A stretch of DNA of 64,000 bases from an uncultured Gammaproteobacteria bacterium (GCA_964588955.1 CAZPQJ010000001.1:10155-74154), one strand, 5' to 3'. Positions 49,026 through 57,279 are shown, counted from the stretch's first letter. The notes: generated by a model from the sequence alone, not told the origin. Translations and numbers: made by a program.

Positions 49026-50357
49026 ATGAACCGTACCTGCCTGCTGCACTGCCTTAGCGAATACGGACACGACGCTCAAGGCAGCGTGACGACCTCGATC
49101 GATGGTGTAGGTCTCTATGCCGGCCGTGGACTGGTTGTTCCTGCGCAGCTCAAGATCGTGCCGGATCACCCGGTCCTTTCTGCCGCTTGCGACTACATGC
49201 GGCGTGTAGGGATCGGTCCCAAGCGTATCGTTCACGTCCCGAGCATGGGATCACTCTACGACGGGGTACGTGCCAGTTCTGAAGCACAGCGGGCGATCGT
49301 CGAGCACGTTGCTCAGGACGGAGACGTCGAGTTCTACATCCCTGGCCCGGCAGCATGGGCACTCTGTCACGAGCTCGGTGTTCCTCAGAGTCGGGTGCGC
49401 AATCAACGGCCGGAGCTCGCGCCCGAGACCGACAAGGTGGGGATGCGGCGTTTGGGCGAGCAGCTCGGTTTGCGTACCTGTTTTCCTTCGCACGCATTCT
49501 CGCGTGGCAAGGAGGAAACGATGCGTGTGGCTCGCACGCTGTTCGCTGAGGGTCATGCACGTATCGTCATCAAGCGGCCGGACTTGGCGAGCGGCGAAGG
49601 GCAGCTGGTGATCGGCTCGATTAACGATCTCTCGCAGCAGGAAGGCGTGGCCTTTCTCCATCGCTATGCCGTGGACGGCGTCGAGTTGGTGGTCGAAGCG
49701 TGGTGGGAAGGGGAGGATTTCTCCGCGGTCTTCGAAGTCGATTTCGACGAAGTTCGGCTCATGCACATGAGCGGCCAGTTCATGCGTTCTGCCGATGGCA
49801 AGACCCACATGGGCAACTTTCTCGGTAATCGGCCGAACCAAGTATTTCCCAGTGTCGGGTCCTGTTCTTGGCATAATCGTATGGAGGTGGCTTGCCGACA
49901 GATGATCAGCGTCTGGCAACAGCGTGGCTATCGCGGCAAGATCGGCTTCGACGGCAAGGTGCGTCCTCATGCGGGAGAGTTCGTTCTGCTCGAAGTCAAC
50001 GCGCGTCCGTCGGCGAGCATCTTCGCCCGCTACGTGCTGGAGCAGGTGCGCCGCAGCGATGATGAAGAGATCGGCGTCTCCATGCTGAGTGTCACGCCGC
50101 CGCGCGCTTTCTCGATTGAAGAGATGGTGGCACTTCTCGGAAGTGACGCCTACAATCCGAGTACTCGCCGCGGAGTGATCATCGGCAACCCTGTTCGGAT
50201 GGGCGACATGCGTCATCCCGAGACGCCGATCCATGTGGTCGCTGACTCCGTTTCTCAGTCGATCGAGACCGCGCTTACCATCAAGCGTCGTGTCGAAGGC
50301 GATCGTTTCGACCCGGTAACGGTCCCTGACTTCACCTCTTGGCAGATGGCCAGCTAG
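49026..50357 (+). CDS. ATP-grasp superfamily ligase, paralog 2 (subfamily B)
   Basis: 443 aa; IKRPDLASGEGQLVIG (K-R-P-x-x-x-S-G-x-G) and FVLLEVNARPSAS (E-V-N-x-R-P); clearly similar along its whole length to paralog 4. Confidence 0.75.
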   Translation: MNRTCLLHCLSEYGHDAQGSVTTSIDGVGLYAGRGLVVPAQLKIVPDHPVLSAACDYMRRVGIGPKRIVHVPSMGSLYDGVRASSEAQRAIVEHVAQDGDVEFYIPGPAAWALCHELGVPQSRVRNQRPELAPETDKVGMRRLGEQLGLRTCFPSHAFSRGKEETMRVARTLFAEGHARIVIKRPDLASGEGQLVIGSINDLSQQEGVAFLHRYAVDGVELVVEAWWEGEDFSAVFEVDFDEVRLMHMSGQFMRSADGKTHMGNFLGNRPNQVFPSVGSCSWHNRMEVACRQMISVWQQRGYRGKIGFDGKVRPHAGEFVLLEVNARPSASIFARYVLEQVRRSDDEEIGVSMLSVTPPRAFSIEEMVALLGSDAYNPSTRRGVIIGNPVRMGDMRHPETPIHVVADSVSQSIETALTIKRRVEGDRFDPVTVPDFTSWQMAS

Positions 50358-50410
50358 TTGTCTGCCTCCATTCTCTTACGAACCAGCCGTCGACACGGCT
50401 GGTTCTTGCG

Positions 50411-50626
50411 TTGACAGAGCGTGTTGATTGTGTTAAGTTTCTCTTGTTATGGAATGTATTGTCGCAAACAGCAACAGCTATTATTACGCTCTCGCCACCA
50501 CGAGGGTGCTGATGCGTTAACACATATTTGTGTCGATGCCGCCGCCCTCGGGCGGTTTTTTGTTGTGTGTTTTATGAAGAACGGAAGCGTTCTGTTCTTC
50601 TCAAACCCACAACGTTCGAGGTCAAC
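50411..50626 (+). promoter_or_regulatory. promoter plus leader L3 for ATP-grasp 3
   Basis: TTGACA(50411)-N7-TTGATT, 17-nt spacer, TAAGTT(50434); uORF 50449..50520 (MECIVANSNSYYYALATTRVLMR); hairpin CCGCCC-TCG-GGCGG plus T6 (50541..50561); second hairpin GAAGAAC..GTTCTTC (50576..50600). Confidence 0.55.
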
Positions 50627-51775
50627 ATGTCTGCGTTCTTTCACCTTACCGGTAATGACGTCGCTCTTCCGTCGAGCGACTACAAGGTTCTGCGCCACTA
50701 CGCTCTGCGTGCGCTTCTTCCCGCCGGAGCTGACGACACGGTCATTTTGCACGGTCTGCCGTACCCCACCGATCTGCTCCGCCTGTTCAATCGTCTAGAG
50801 ATCGGACCGCACCCTGATCGTGTCTTCACGCACCTGTCGCGAGCGCGTGGGACGACGCTGCAAACCTTCAGTGGTGCCGCGCCGCGGGTGTGGGCCCTTA
50901 GCGATCAATTCGGTTGCCGCCTCGACGCACCCTCGTTCGAGGTCTGCATCACTGCCAATAGCAAGTCCTGGTTCCAGCGTACCTTCGGTGATAACACGTT
51001 GGCTTCGTTGCCTCCGGGGGCCGTCTGTCGTTTCGCCGACGTACCGATGCGTGCTTCCGCTCTCATGCGTGAGCACGGTCGCGCGGTACGTCTCAAGGAT
51101 CCCCACTCCGCGAGCGGCATCAAGCAGATGGTCCTGCCGTTGGGATCAGACGTGTCTGCCCGCCTGCCGCATGGACGAATGGATCAACAGGTCGTCCTCC
51201 AAGTCGAACAGCATCGCGACGCTGACGCCAGTGTGCAAGGTCATGTTACGCGTGACGGGGAAGTCATCGTGGGACAGGTGACGGGTCAGCACATCAGCGG
51301 ACAGGGAAGTCATGGTGGCAACTTCTTTCCTTCTGGTTTGCCGGAATGGGCGGAAGTGGCCATGCGTGACTCCACGCGCGCGGTGGGCGAAGGACTCGTA
51401 CGTCTCGGCTACTTCGGTCCGTACTCGGTTGACTTCGTCATCGACTTTGAAGCTTGCCGCGTCTACGCCGTGGAGTGCAACGCCCGTGTGACCGCCCCGC
51501 AGTATCCAATCCGTGCCTTGCAGACCTGGTACGGAGAAGCCGAGCATAGGCCGTTCGATCTCTTCAGCGTGCGTGTGGCATCGGGTACGAGTGTCGACGC
51601 AGTCGCGAATGCGCTAAATGGCACGCTCTTCTCGCGCGTGCTCGGCATCGGAGTCGTGCCGTTCGTCGTTCTGCCTCAGTTCGGCCTTGTCGTCTGCACT
51701 GTCTTCGCCACGAGCGAAGCGCATCGCGACTACCTTTCGAGCGAAGTCAGACACCTGCTCTTGCCCCTGCGCTAA
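50627..51775 (+). CDS. ATP-grasp superfamily ligase, paralog 3 (subfamily A)
   Basis: Start refined to MSAFFHL (GTCAACATG context identical to paralog 2); RLKDPHSASGIKQMV loop and YAVECNARVTAPQ (E-C-N-x-R); ANSKSW motif shared with paralog 1. Confidence 0.65.
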   Translation: MSAFFHLTGNDVALPSSDYKVLRHYALRALLPAGADDTVILHGLPYPTDLLRLFNRLEIGPHPDRVFTHLSRARGTTLQTFSGAAPRVWALSDQFGCRLDAPSFEVCITANSKSWFQRTFGDNTLASLPPGAVCRFADVPMRASALMREHGRAVRLKDPHSASGIKQMVLPLGSDVSARLPHGRMDQQVVLQVEQHRDADASVQGHVTRDGEVIVGQVTGQHISGQGSHGGNFFPSGLPEWAEVAMRDSTRAVGEGLVRLGYFGPYSVDFVIDFEACRVYAVECNARVTAPQYPIRALQTWYGEAEHRPFDLFSVRVASGTSVDAVANALNGTLFSRVLGIGVVPFVVLPQFGLVVCTVFATSEAHRDYLSSEVRHLLLPLR

Positions 51776-51821
51776 GTTCTTCCATCGCGCCCTCTTCTCA
51801 GGGGGGCGCGATTTATCGTTC

Positions 51822-52035
51822 TTGACCACTTTCCAGTGGTGTGATAGTTTTTTCTTGTTATGCAGATCGCCTCGAACAATGCACGCCGCGCCGCCACGAG
51901 CTATTGCTTCGCTGCGATTATTATTGATCTCGTTATTGCCTAGGGCCGTGTTCTTTTGTTGAAACGACGAAAGAAGACGGCCCTGCGCAAGCGGGGTCAT
52001 TTTTGTTCCTTCACCCTCATGCATAGGGGAATGCC
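51822..52035 (+). promoter_or_regulatory. promoter plus leader L4 for ATP-grasp 4
   Basis: TTGACC(51822), 17-nt spacer, TAGTTT(51845) with the same TTTCTTGTTATG context as L3; uORF 51860..51943 (MQIASNNARRAATSYCFAAIIIDLVIA); 13-bp-stem hairpin 51942..51984 and T5 at 52001. Confidence 0.5.
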
Positions 52036-53382
52036 GTGAATCTGATCCATCTCTTCGACATGCACTGCTACCAAACCGGTGAAGCCTCAGCTGATGGCCG
52101 TCAGACCCTGGCGGGGATCGACGATCGCATCGGCGACTACGCCGCGCGTGCTCTTCTTCTGCCCGGCAAGGCAGCCATTGTGCCCAAAGATGTGCTCATC
52201 GACGCGAGTGTCGCAGACCTCCGCACCTGGGGAATCGGTCCCCAAGAGATCATTCAAGTGCCTGGTGATCGAGGACTGTACAGCGGCGTTCTCGACTGTT
52301 CGCGCACTACGGCGATTCTTCGTCATCACGTCAACCTGGGTGGCAAGATCCAGGTCTTCAATCCCACGGCGAGTTGCTGGTCCTTTTGCGAGCAGTTGGG
52401 GGTCCACCGAGGCGTCCTGCACAACCGTCCGGAAGATCTAACGGCACTGACCGACAAGATCGGCTTCCGTCGTCTGGCTGCGGAGCTTGGCCTGCGCCGA
52501 GCGTTTCCCGAACATCGCTTCGCGACGCAAGCGGAAGAAGTCCGTGCGGCGGCGCGCGAGCTGTTCCTTCTCGGCCATCGACAGGTGTTCATCAAGCGGC
52601 CGGACCTGGCGAGTGGAACGGGGATGATCAAGGTTGGCGCTCGCGGTCTTAACGGTCGCAAGCTGAATACCTTTCTGTCCCGTTACGCTGGAAGCGTGGA
52701 GTTGATCGTCGAAGCGGCCTGGGGACAGGAAGACTATTCGTTTGTCTTCGACGTAAACGAAACGTCGTGGACGCTCGAGTACGTTACCGGCCAGTTCATG
52801 GAAGCCGACCGTAAGACCCATGCCGGCAACTTCCTTGGAGCAACCCCGAAGGACTGTCTGCCTGCTGATTGGAATAAGATCAAGCGAGGGAAGTTCATCT
52901 GCACGGTTCTTGATTTCATGACGCCGATGATCGACCAGTTGCGTAAGCGCGGTTATCGCGGCAAACTCTGCGTAGATGTGCGCGGCAATCATCGTGGCGA
53001 AGCGCGTCTGCTCGAGCTCAATGCTCGCGCTTCCGCGAGCAACTTCCCGCACGCCGTGCTCGAACAGGTCCGCAATCATTATGGTCACAAAGAGCTCGGT
53101 GCTGTGATGCTCAACGTCTGGCTCCCGAACCAGGTAGAGCGCTACGAAGATCTGCGCGCCCTCATCGGTAACGACTTGTTCGATCCGACCACCGGTTTCG
53201 GAATCGTCCCTGGCAACATCTTGTGTGTGCGCCACCAACGCCCCAAGTTCAGCCCGGTAATGGTGCAACCGAGCGTGGCCGGCGCGGTCGCGGCGCTGCT
53301 CGCGTTCAAACAGCGCATCGAACGCCGGCGTCCGGATCTCATCTACCCCGATCACTTAGCGACCGTCATGGTCGCTAAGTAA
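52036..53382 (+). CDS. ATP-grasp superfamily ligase, paralog 4 (subfamily B), GTG start
   Basis: 448 aa; FIKRPDLASGTGMIKVG and ARLLELNARASAS; AGGGGA RBS 8 nt upstream of the GTG; terminator hairpin GTCGAAGC-TTCGTC-GCTTCGAC downstream. Confidence 0.75.
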   Translation: MNLIHLFDMHCYQTGEASADGRQTLAGIDDRIGDYAARALLLPGKAAIVPKDVLIDASVADLRTWGIGPQEIIQVPGDRGLYSGVLDCSRTTAILRHHVNLGGKIQVFNPTASCWSFCEQLGVHRGVLHNRPEDLTALTDKIGFRRLAAELGLRRAFPEHRFATQAEEVRAAARELFLLGHRQVFIKRPDLASGTGMIKVGARGLNGRKLNTFLSRYAGSVELIVEAAWGQEDYSFVFDVNETSWTLEYVTGQFMEADRKTHAGNFLGATPKDCLPADWNKIKRGKFICTVLDFMTPMIDQLRKRGYRGKLCVDVRGNHRGEARLLELNARASASNFPHAVLEQVRNHYGHKELGAVMLNVWLPNQVERYEDLRALIGNDLFDPTTGFGIVPGNILCVRHQRPKFSPVMVQPSVAGAVAALLAFKQRIERRRPDLIYPDHLATVMVAK

Positions 53383-53483
53383 CCCGTTCTCACTTCGCGG
53401 TCGAAGCTTCGTCGCTTCGACCCTCACCTGTCTTCGTAAGTTTCCTTGCGCATGCAGGTGAGAACTCGTATTATTCCTTCACT

Positions 53484-54254
53484 ATGAAAGTACTCCTCTT
53501 ACAGATTCGTCGCGATGTCATGAAAGAGCATGAACGCAAATGTGTTGTAGCTAAGTCCGGCTTGTCGGAACAAGAGATTGTTGCGTTCGACATCTTTGAG
53601 CGGTTGATCACTGCGGACGATTTGAATGGTTACGATGCCTTGGTTGTCGGGGGTAGTGGTGGATACTGCGTTTCTGAACGTGAGATTCCCGCCGAGATCG
53701 ATGCGATGGAGGGGGTTATTCGTGAAGCACGCCAACGCCGCATGCCTGTGCTCGGTATTTGTTTTGGGCATCATTTGATTGCTGAAGCGCTTGGCGGCGA
53801 AGTACGCCAGGATCGCGATCGTCAGGAAGTGGGAACTTTTGAAGTGGCGCAAACTGCGGAAGCAAAAGTTGATCCAATATTTTCGCACCTACCGGCAAGC
53901 TTTTTGGCACAGGAGGGACACAAAGATCATGTCACGAAATTGCCACCAGGTGCGGTGCATCTTCTCTCAACTCCCACCTCGCCGTTGCAAGCCTTCACCT
54001 TTCCCGGCGAGCCTATTTACAGCATGCAGTTGCATCCAGAGTTGTCGAAAGCAGATGTGTTCGAACGCCTCGATTTTTATCGTTCGTTGTATTTGAAATC
54101 GCAAATGGTCGAAGGGACAACAGATGTGGGTGCGGGGAGTACAGAATTTGACACGATTATGAGTGCTACTATGGACACGCCAGAGGCGGAAAAGATTTTG
54201 CATCTATTTTTTGAAGAAGTTGTTGATAACGGAAAACGTTATCCACACGCGTAG
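53484..54254 (+). CDS. class I glutamine amidotransferase-like protein (standalone GATase1)
   Basis: 256 aa; nucleophile elbow GICFGHHL (Cys), His in MQLHPE, overall GATase1 pattern; GC about 50% (host-like). Confidence 0.7.
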   Translation: MKVLLLQIRRDVMKEHERKCVVAKSGLSEQEIVAFDIFERLITADDLNGYDALVVGGSGGYCVSEREIPAEIDAMEGVIREARQRRMPVLGICFGHHLIAEALGGEVRQDRDRQEVGTFEVAQTAEAKVDPIFSHLPASFLAQEGHKDHVTKLPPGAVHLLSTPTSPLQAFTFPGEPIYSMQLHPELSKADVFERLDFYRSLYLKSQMVEGTTDVGAGSTEFDTIMSATMDTPEAEKILHLFFEEVVDNGKRYPHA

Positions 54255-54629
54255 AGGATAACTTGGGTGTAACTTTTTTGACGCACCCATTGACCGTGCT
54301 ACGCTACTAGTGTCTCAGGGTCAATCGGGTTCGGTCTTGGATCAACGGTTCAGCAACACATTCCTTTAACGCCGCGACTGCGGTTACGGCAAAAGGAATC
54401 GGCACGCACTGACCCGCGGAAACGATCACCACGGATGACTTGGGGGACTGCCCCATGAGAAGTCATAAACAAGGCGTCTGCCTTGATCGTCCGCCCGCGC
54501 GGAACAGCGACAGTAGGATCCTTATCGCCAGACCACCCGATTGAACCCTGGGGCGCAAATTTCGCCTTTGTGTTTCGACACGTTTCGTTTTCGACGTTTT
54601 GCGTCGATTTTTTGTTACAATGGGCATAT

Positions 54630-55274
54630 ATGCTTCGCAGCCACTTTACGAGAACGGAATGGCAAATACTACGGCAACTGAATACTCCCAAAAAGATTCA
54701 GGACTTTTTGAATACCCTGCCGCAAAGTTTTAGTAAGCACGGGCAAGAGTGTCGCTCGCCTCGGCGGGTGTTGCGTGAGGGAAGCGCCTATTGTTTGGAA
54801 GGAGCGATGCTTGCCGTCTTGGCTCTGCGTGTTCATGGACATCGACCACTGCTCTTAGATCTCACCTCGCATGATAGTGATGATGATCACGTTGTTGCTT
54901 TGTTCCAACACAACGGTTGCTGGGGGGCGATTTCCAAAACGAATCACGCGGTCTTGCGCTATCGCGAGCCGATCTACCGATCCGTTCGCGAACTTGTGAT
55001 GAGTTACTTTCATGAATACTTTTTGCAGCGCGGTGGCAGAAAAACTTTACGTTCCTACGCCGTTGCGGATGTGTCTAAATTTGATCGTCGAGGATGGATG
55101 ACCGATGAAGAAGATCTGTGGTACATCGCTGAGCACTTGTGTGACATTCCGCACAAGCAAGTTTTAACGCGATCGCAAATCGCCGGTTTGCGTCCAGCCG
55201 ACGCGATTGAAATCCAAGCGGGGGAGTTGCTTGAGTGGCGAAAGGGTCAGGGATCTTTTAAGAAAAGTGTATAG
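54630..55274 (+). CDS. transglutaminase-like / papain-fold cysteine peptidase domain protein (tentative)
   Basis: Candidate catalytic Cys in GSAYCLEGAMLAVLALRVHG, downstream His (DHVVALFQHNGCW) and Asp; start uncertain (TTG at 54483, or ATG at 54630 directly after an extended -10 TGTTACAAT). Confidence 0.4.
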   Translation: MLRSHFTRTEWQILRQLNTPKKIQDFLNTLPQSFSKHGQECRSPRRVLREGSAYCLEGAMLAVLALRVHGHRPLLLDLTSHDSDDDHVVALFQHNGCWGAISKTNHAVLRYREPIYRSVRELVMSYFHEYFLQRGGRKTLRSYAVADVSKFDRRGWMTDEEDLWYIAEHLCDIPHKQVLTRSQIAGLRPADAIEIQAGELLEWRKGQGSFKKSV

Positions 55275-55295
55275 GCGGGGCTACCACGCCCCGCC
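55274..55295. terminator. GC-rich hairpin identical to the one after proS
   Basis: GTGTATAGGCGGGGCTACCACGCCCCGC is shared as a 28-mer between 27947..27974 and 55267..55294. Confidence 0.6.
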
Positions 55296-55424
55296 GCATA
55301 GGTTTGACCCTTTCGATCGGGCGCGAAAAACAACTCGTTTGAACACAATTTGTGTTCATCCCGTGGCTTTTCTAAAAGGTTCCATTCGGCTATACTCATC
55401 TCGATCGTTTTTCCTAAACATCCT

Positions 55425-56729
55425 ATGAAAAAACTGCTGATTACCGGCGGAAATCCATGTAACGGCGAAGTCCGTGTTTCCGGAGCAAAGAATGCGGCGT
55501 CGAAAATGATGATCGCCAGTTTGCTTACCGATGAACCGGTGACGATTCAAAATATTCCCCGCCAGCAGGAGACAGACATCACCAAAGAAATTTGTGAGCT
55601 GATCGGTACGACGTCCACCTGGGTCGATGAACATACACTGACGTTACAGACAAAGGAAATCAAATCAAATTCCGTTGTTGCTTTGTCGCGCAAAAATCGC
55701 ATCTCTATTTTGGCCACGGCGCCGCTCCTGCATCGCGTCAAAGAAGCTGTTGTGCCAATGCCTGCTGGCGACAAGATTGGTCCGCGACCTGTCAACTTCC
55801 ACATCGACGCCTTGGAAAACATGGAAGCCAAGTTTGAACAAACAGCAGAAGGGTTGCATGCTACGATCGTTGGCAAATTGAAAGGCTCGTTGATTGAGCT
55901 GCCGTATCCATCGGTTGGTGCTACCGAGTCGAGTATCTTAGCAGGCGTGTTGGCCGAAGGGCGCACGGTGATTGTGAATGCCGCCATTGAGCCAGAGATC
56001 ATGGCGCTCATCAAAATGTTACAAACCATGGGAGCGGTTATTGGCGTTGGCGCCGGGCGCGTGATTGAGATTTACGGAGTAGAGAAGTTGCACGGCACAA
56101 CCGTGCGGGTGCTGCCAGATCCGCTCGAGGTGGTCAGCTTTGCTTGTGTGGCGCTTGGTACGGGCGGACAGATTTATGTCAAAGATGCCGTGCATGATCA
56201 TTTAATTACCTTCTTGAACACGGTGCGCCGCATTGGTGGGGATTATGAGGTAAAAGAAGACGGTATTATTTTCAAAGGCGCCAAGTCGTACAAAGGATTG
56301 GAAGTGGAAACCGACACGTATCCTGGATTCCGTACCGATTGGCAACAACCGTTTGTGGCTGTGCTGACCCAAGCCGAAGGCACGTCGGTGGTGCACGAAA
56401 CGGTGTATGAAGATCGATTCGGTTACACCAAAGATTTGAACGCTATGGGAGCAGACGTGACGGTGTTCTCTAATTGTTTGGGAGAAGTTCCTTGCCGATT
56501 CAAAGGGCAAAATCACCGCCACAGCGCGGTCATCAACGGCCCACGTAAATTGCACGCGGCGCACCTTGAGCTGCAAGACATTCGTGCCGGACTCGCCCTG
56601 GTGGTCGCTGCTCTTATCGCCGAAGGAACTTCCGAACTCGTGGTCGGTGAACACCTTGATCGCGGCTACGAAAAGCTCGATGAAAAATTACGCAGCCTAG
56701 GCGCGGACATCAAGGTGGTTAATGAATAA
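55425..56729 (+). CDS. murA: UDP-N-acetylglucosamine 1-carboxyvinyltransferase
   Basis: Start refined to MKKLLITGG; EPSP-synthase-fold repeats; catalytic-Cys loop region conserved. Confidence 0.9.
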   Translation: MKKLLITGGNPCNGEVRVSGAKNAASKMMIASLLTDEPVTIQNIPRQQETDITKEICELIGTTSTWVDEHTLTLQTKEIKSNSVVALSRKNRISILATAPLLHRVKEAVVPMPAGDKIGPRPVNFHIDALENMEAKFEQTAEGLHATIVGKLKGSLIELPYPSVGATESSILAGVLAEGRTVIVNAAIEPEIMALIKMLQTMGAVIGVGAGRVIEIYGVEKLHGTTVRVLPDPLEVVSFACVALGTGGQIYVKDAVHDHLITFLNTVRRIGGDYEVKEDGIIFKGAKSYKGLEVETDTYPGFRTDWQQPFVAVLTQAEGTSVVHETVYEDRFGYTKDLNAMGADVTVFSNCLGEVPCRFKGQNHRHSAVINGPRKLHAAHLELQDIRAGLALVVAALIAEGTSELVVGEHLDRGYEKLDEKLRSLGADIKVVNE

Positions 56730-56737
56730 CGCGTTGT

Positions 56738-57277
56738 ATGAGCAATGCTTCGCCAAAGCTGTATCGTGATCAGTCGGAAAAGAAGTATCCGTCCGTTCGT
56801 CTTGGTGATGAAGAGTACGGCCGAGCCATCCAATCGCTTGTTGTTGTTTGTACAGACATCGTCGTTGTGGATACTCCTACTAAAACGATCTATCTTCCCC
56901 GACGAGCTTCGCGGCCAGCGAGCGGAAAGTGGTGGTTTGTTGGAGGTCGTAGTTTTATCGGAGAAACAGAACAACAGTCAGCTCAGCGTTGTTTCCGACG
57001 CGAAACAGGACTCCTGATTGAAGAGAATCGTTTTGAATTTATTTGCATGAATCGGTATTTCTTCGCAGATCGACAGCAAATTCCACAAGATGTTGGTTGC
57101 GATAGTTTGTGTTATACCTTTTCGCTTCAACTAACGGAGGAAGAACGAAGTCGCGTTGTTCTTGATCCTAAGGAATATCAAGAAGGTGGCCTGCGAGCAT
57201 TTGGACGTGAAGATTTGCAGACCGAGGGGGTTCAGCAATGTGTGCGTGATGTTTACAAGAATATTTTTGGTGACTAG
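56738..57277 (+). CDS. NUDIX hydrolase
   Basis: 179 aa; Nudix box GGRSFIGETEQQSAQRCFRRETGL. Confidence 0.7.
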   Translation: MSNASPKLYRDQSEKKYPSVRLGDEEYGRAIQSLVVVCTDIVVVDTPTKTIYLPRRASRPASGKWWFVGGRSFIGETEQQSAQRCFRRETGLLIEENRFEFICMNRYFFADRQQIPQDVGCDSLCYTFSLQLTEEERSRVVLDPKEYQEGGLRAFGREDLQTEGVQQCVRDVYKNIFGD

Positions 57278-57279
57278 TT

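Noticed and set aside
50449-52010. T-box riboswitch interpretation of the ATP-grasp leaders (AGGGTG in L3 resembles part of the T-box AGGGUGGNACCGCG)
   Set aside because: The match is limited to 6 nt, the leaders are shorter than typical T-boxes, and no specifier-loop/Stem-I architecture is evident; kept only as a generic attenuator-like leader.
47425-53355. Long minus-strand ORFs (47425..48540, 49251..50234, 52438..53355) antisense to the ATP-grasp genes
   Set aside because: Arg/Val/Asp/His-rich antisense artefacts of high-GC coding sequence; the + strand frames carry the ATP-grasp motifs, RBSs and flanking promoter/terminator signals.
54255-54629. Long non-coding stretch between the GATase and the TGc-like gene as a possible structured RNA (tmRNA/RNase P/SRP)
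   Set aside because: No conserved tmRNA, RNase P or SRP signature motifs seen; it contains promoter-like elements and an alternative TTG start for the downstream gene.
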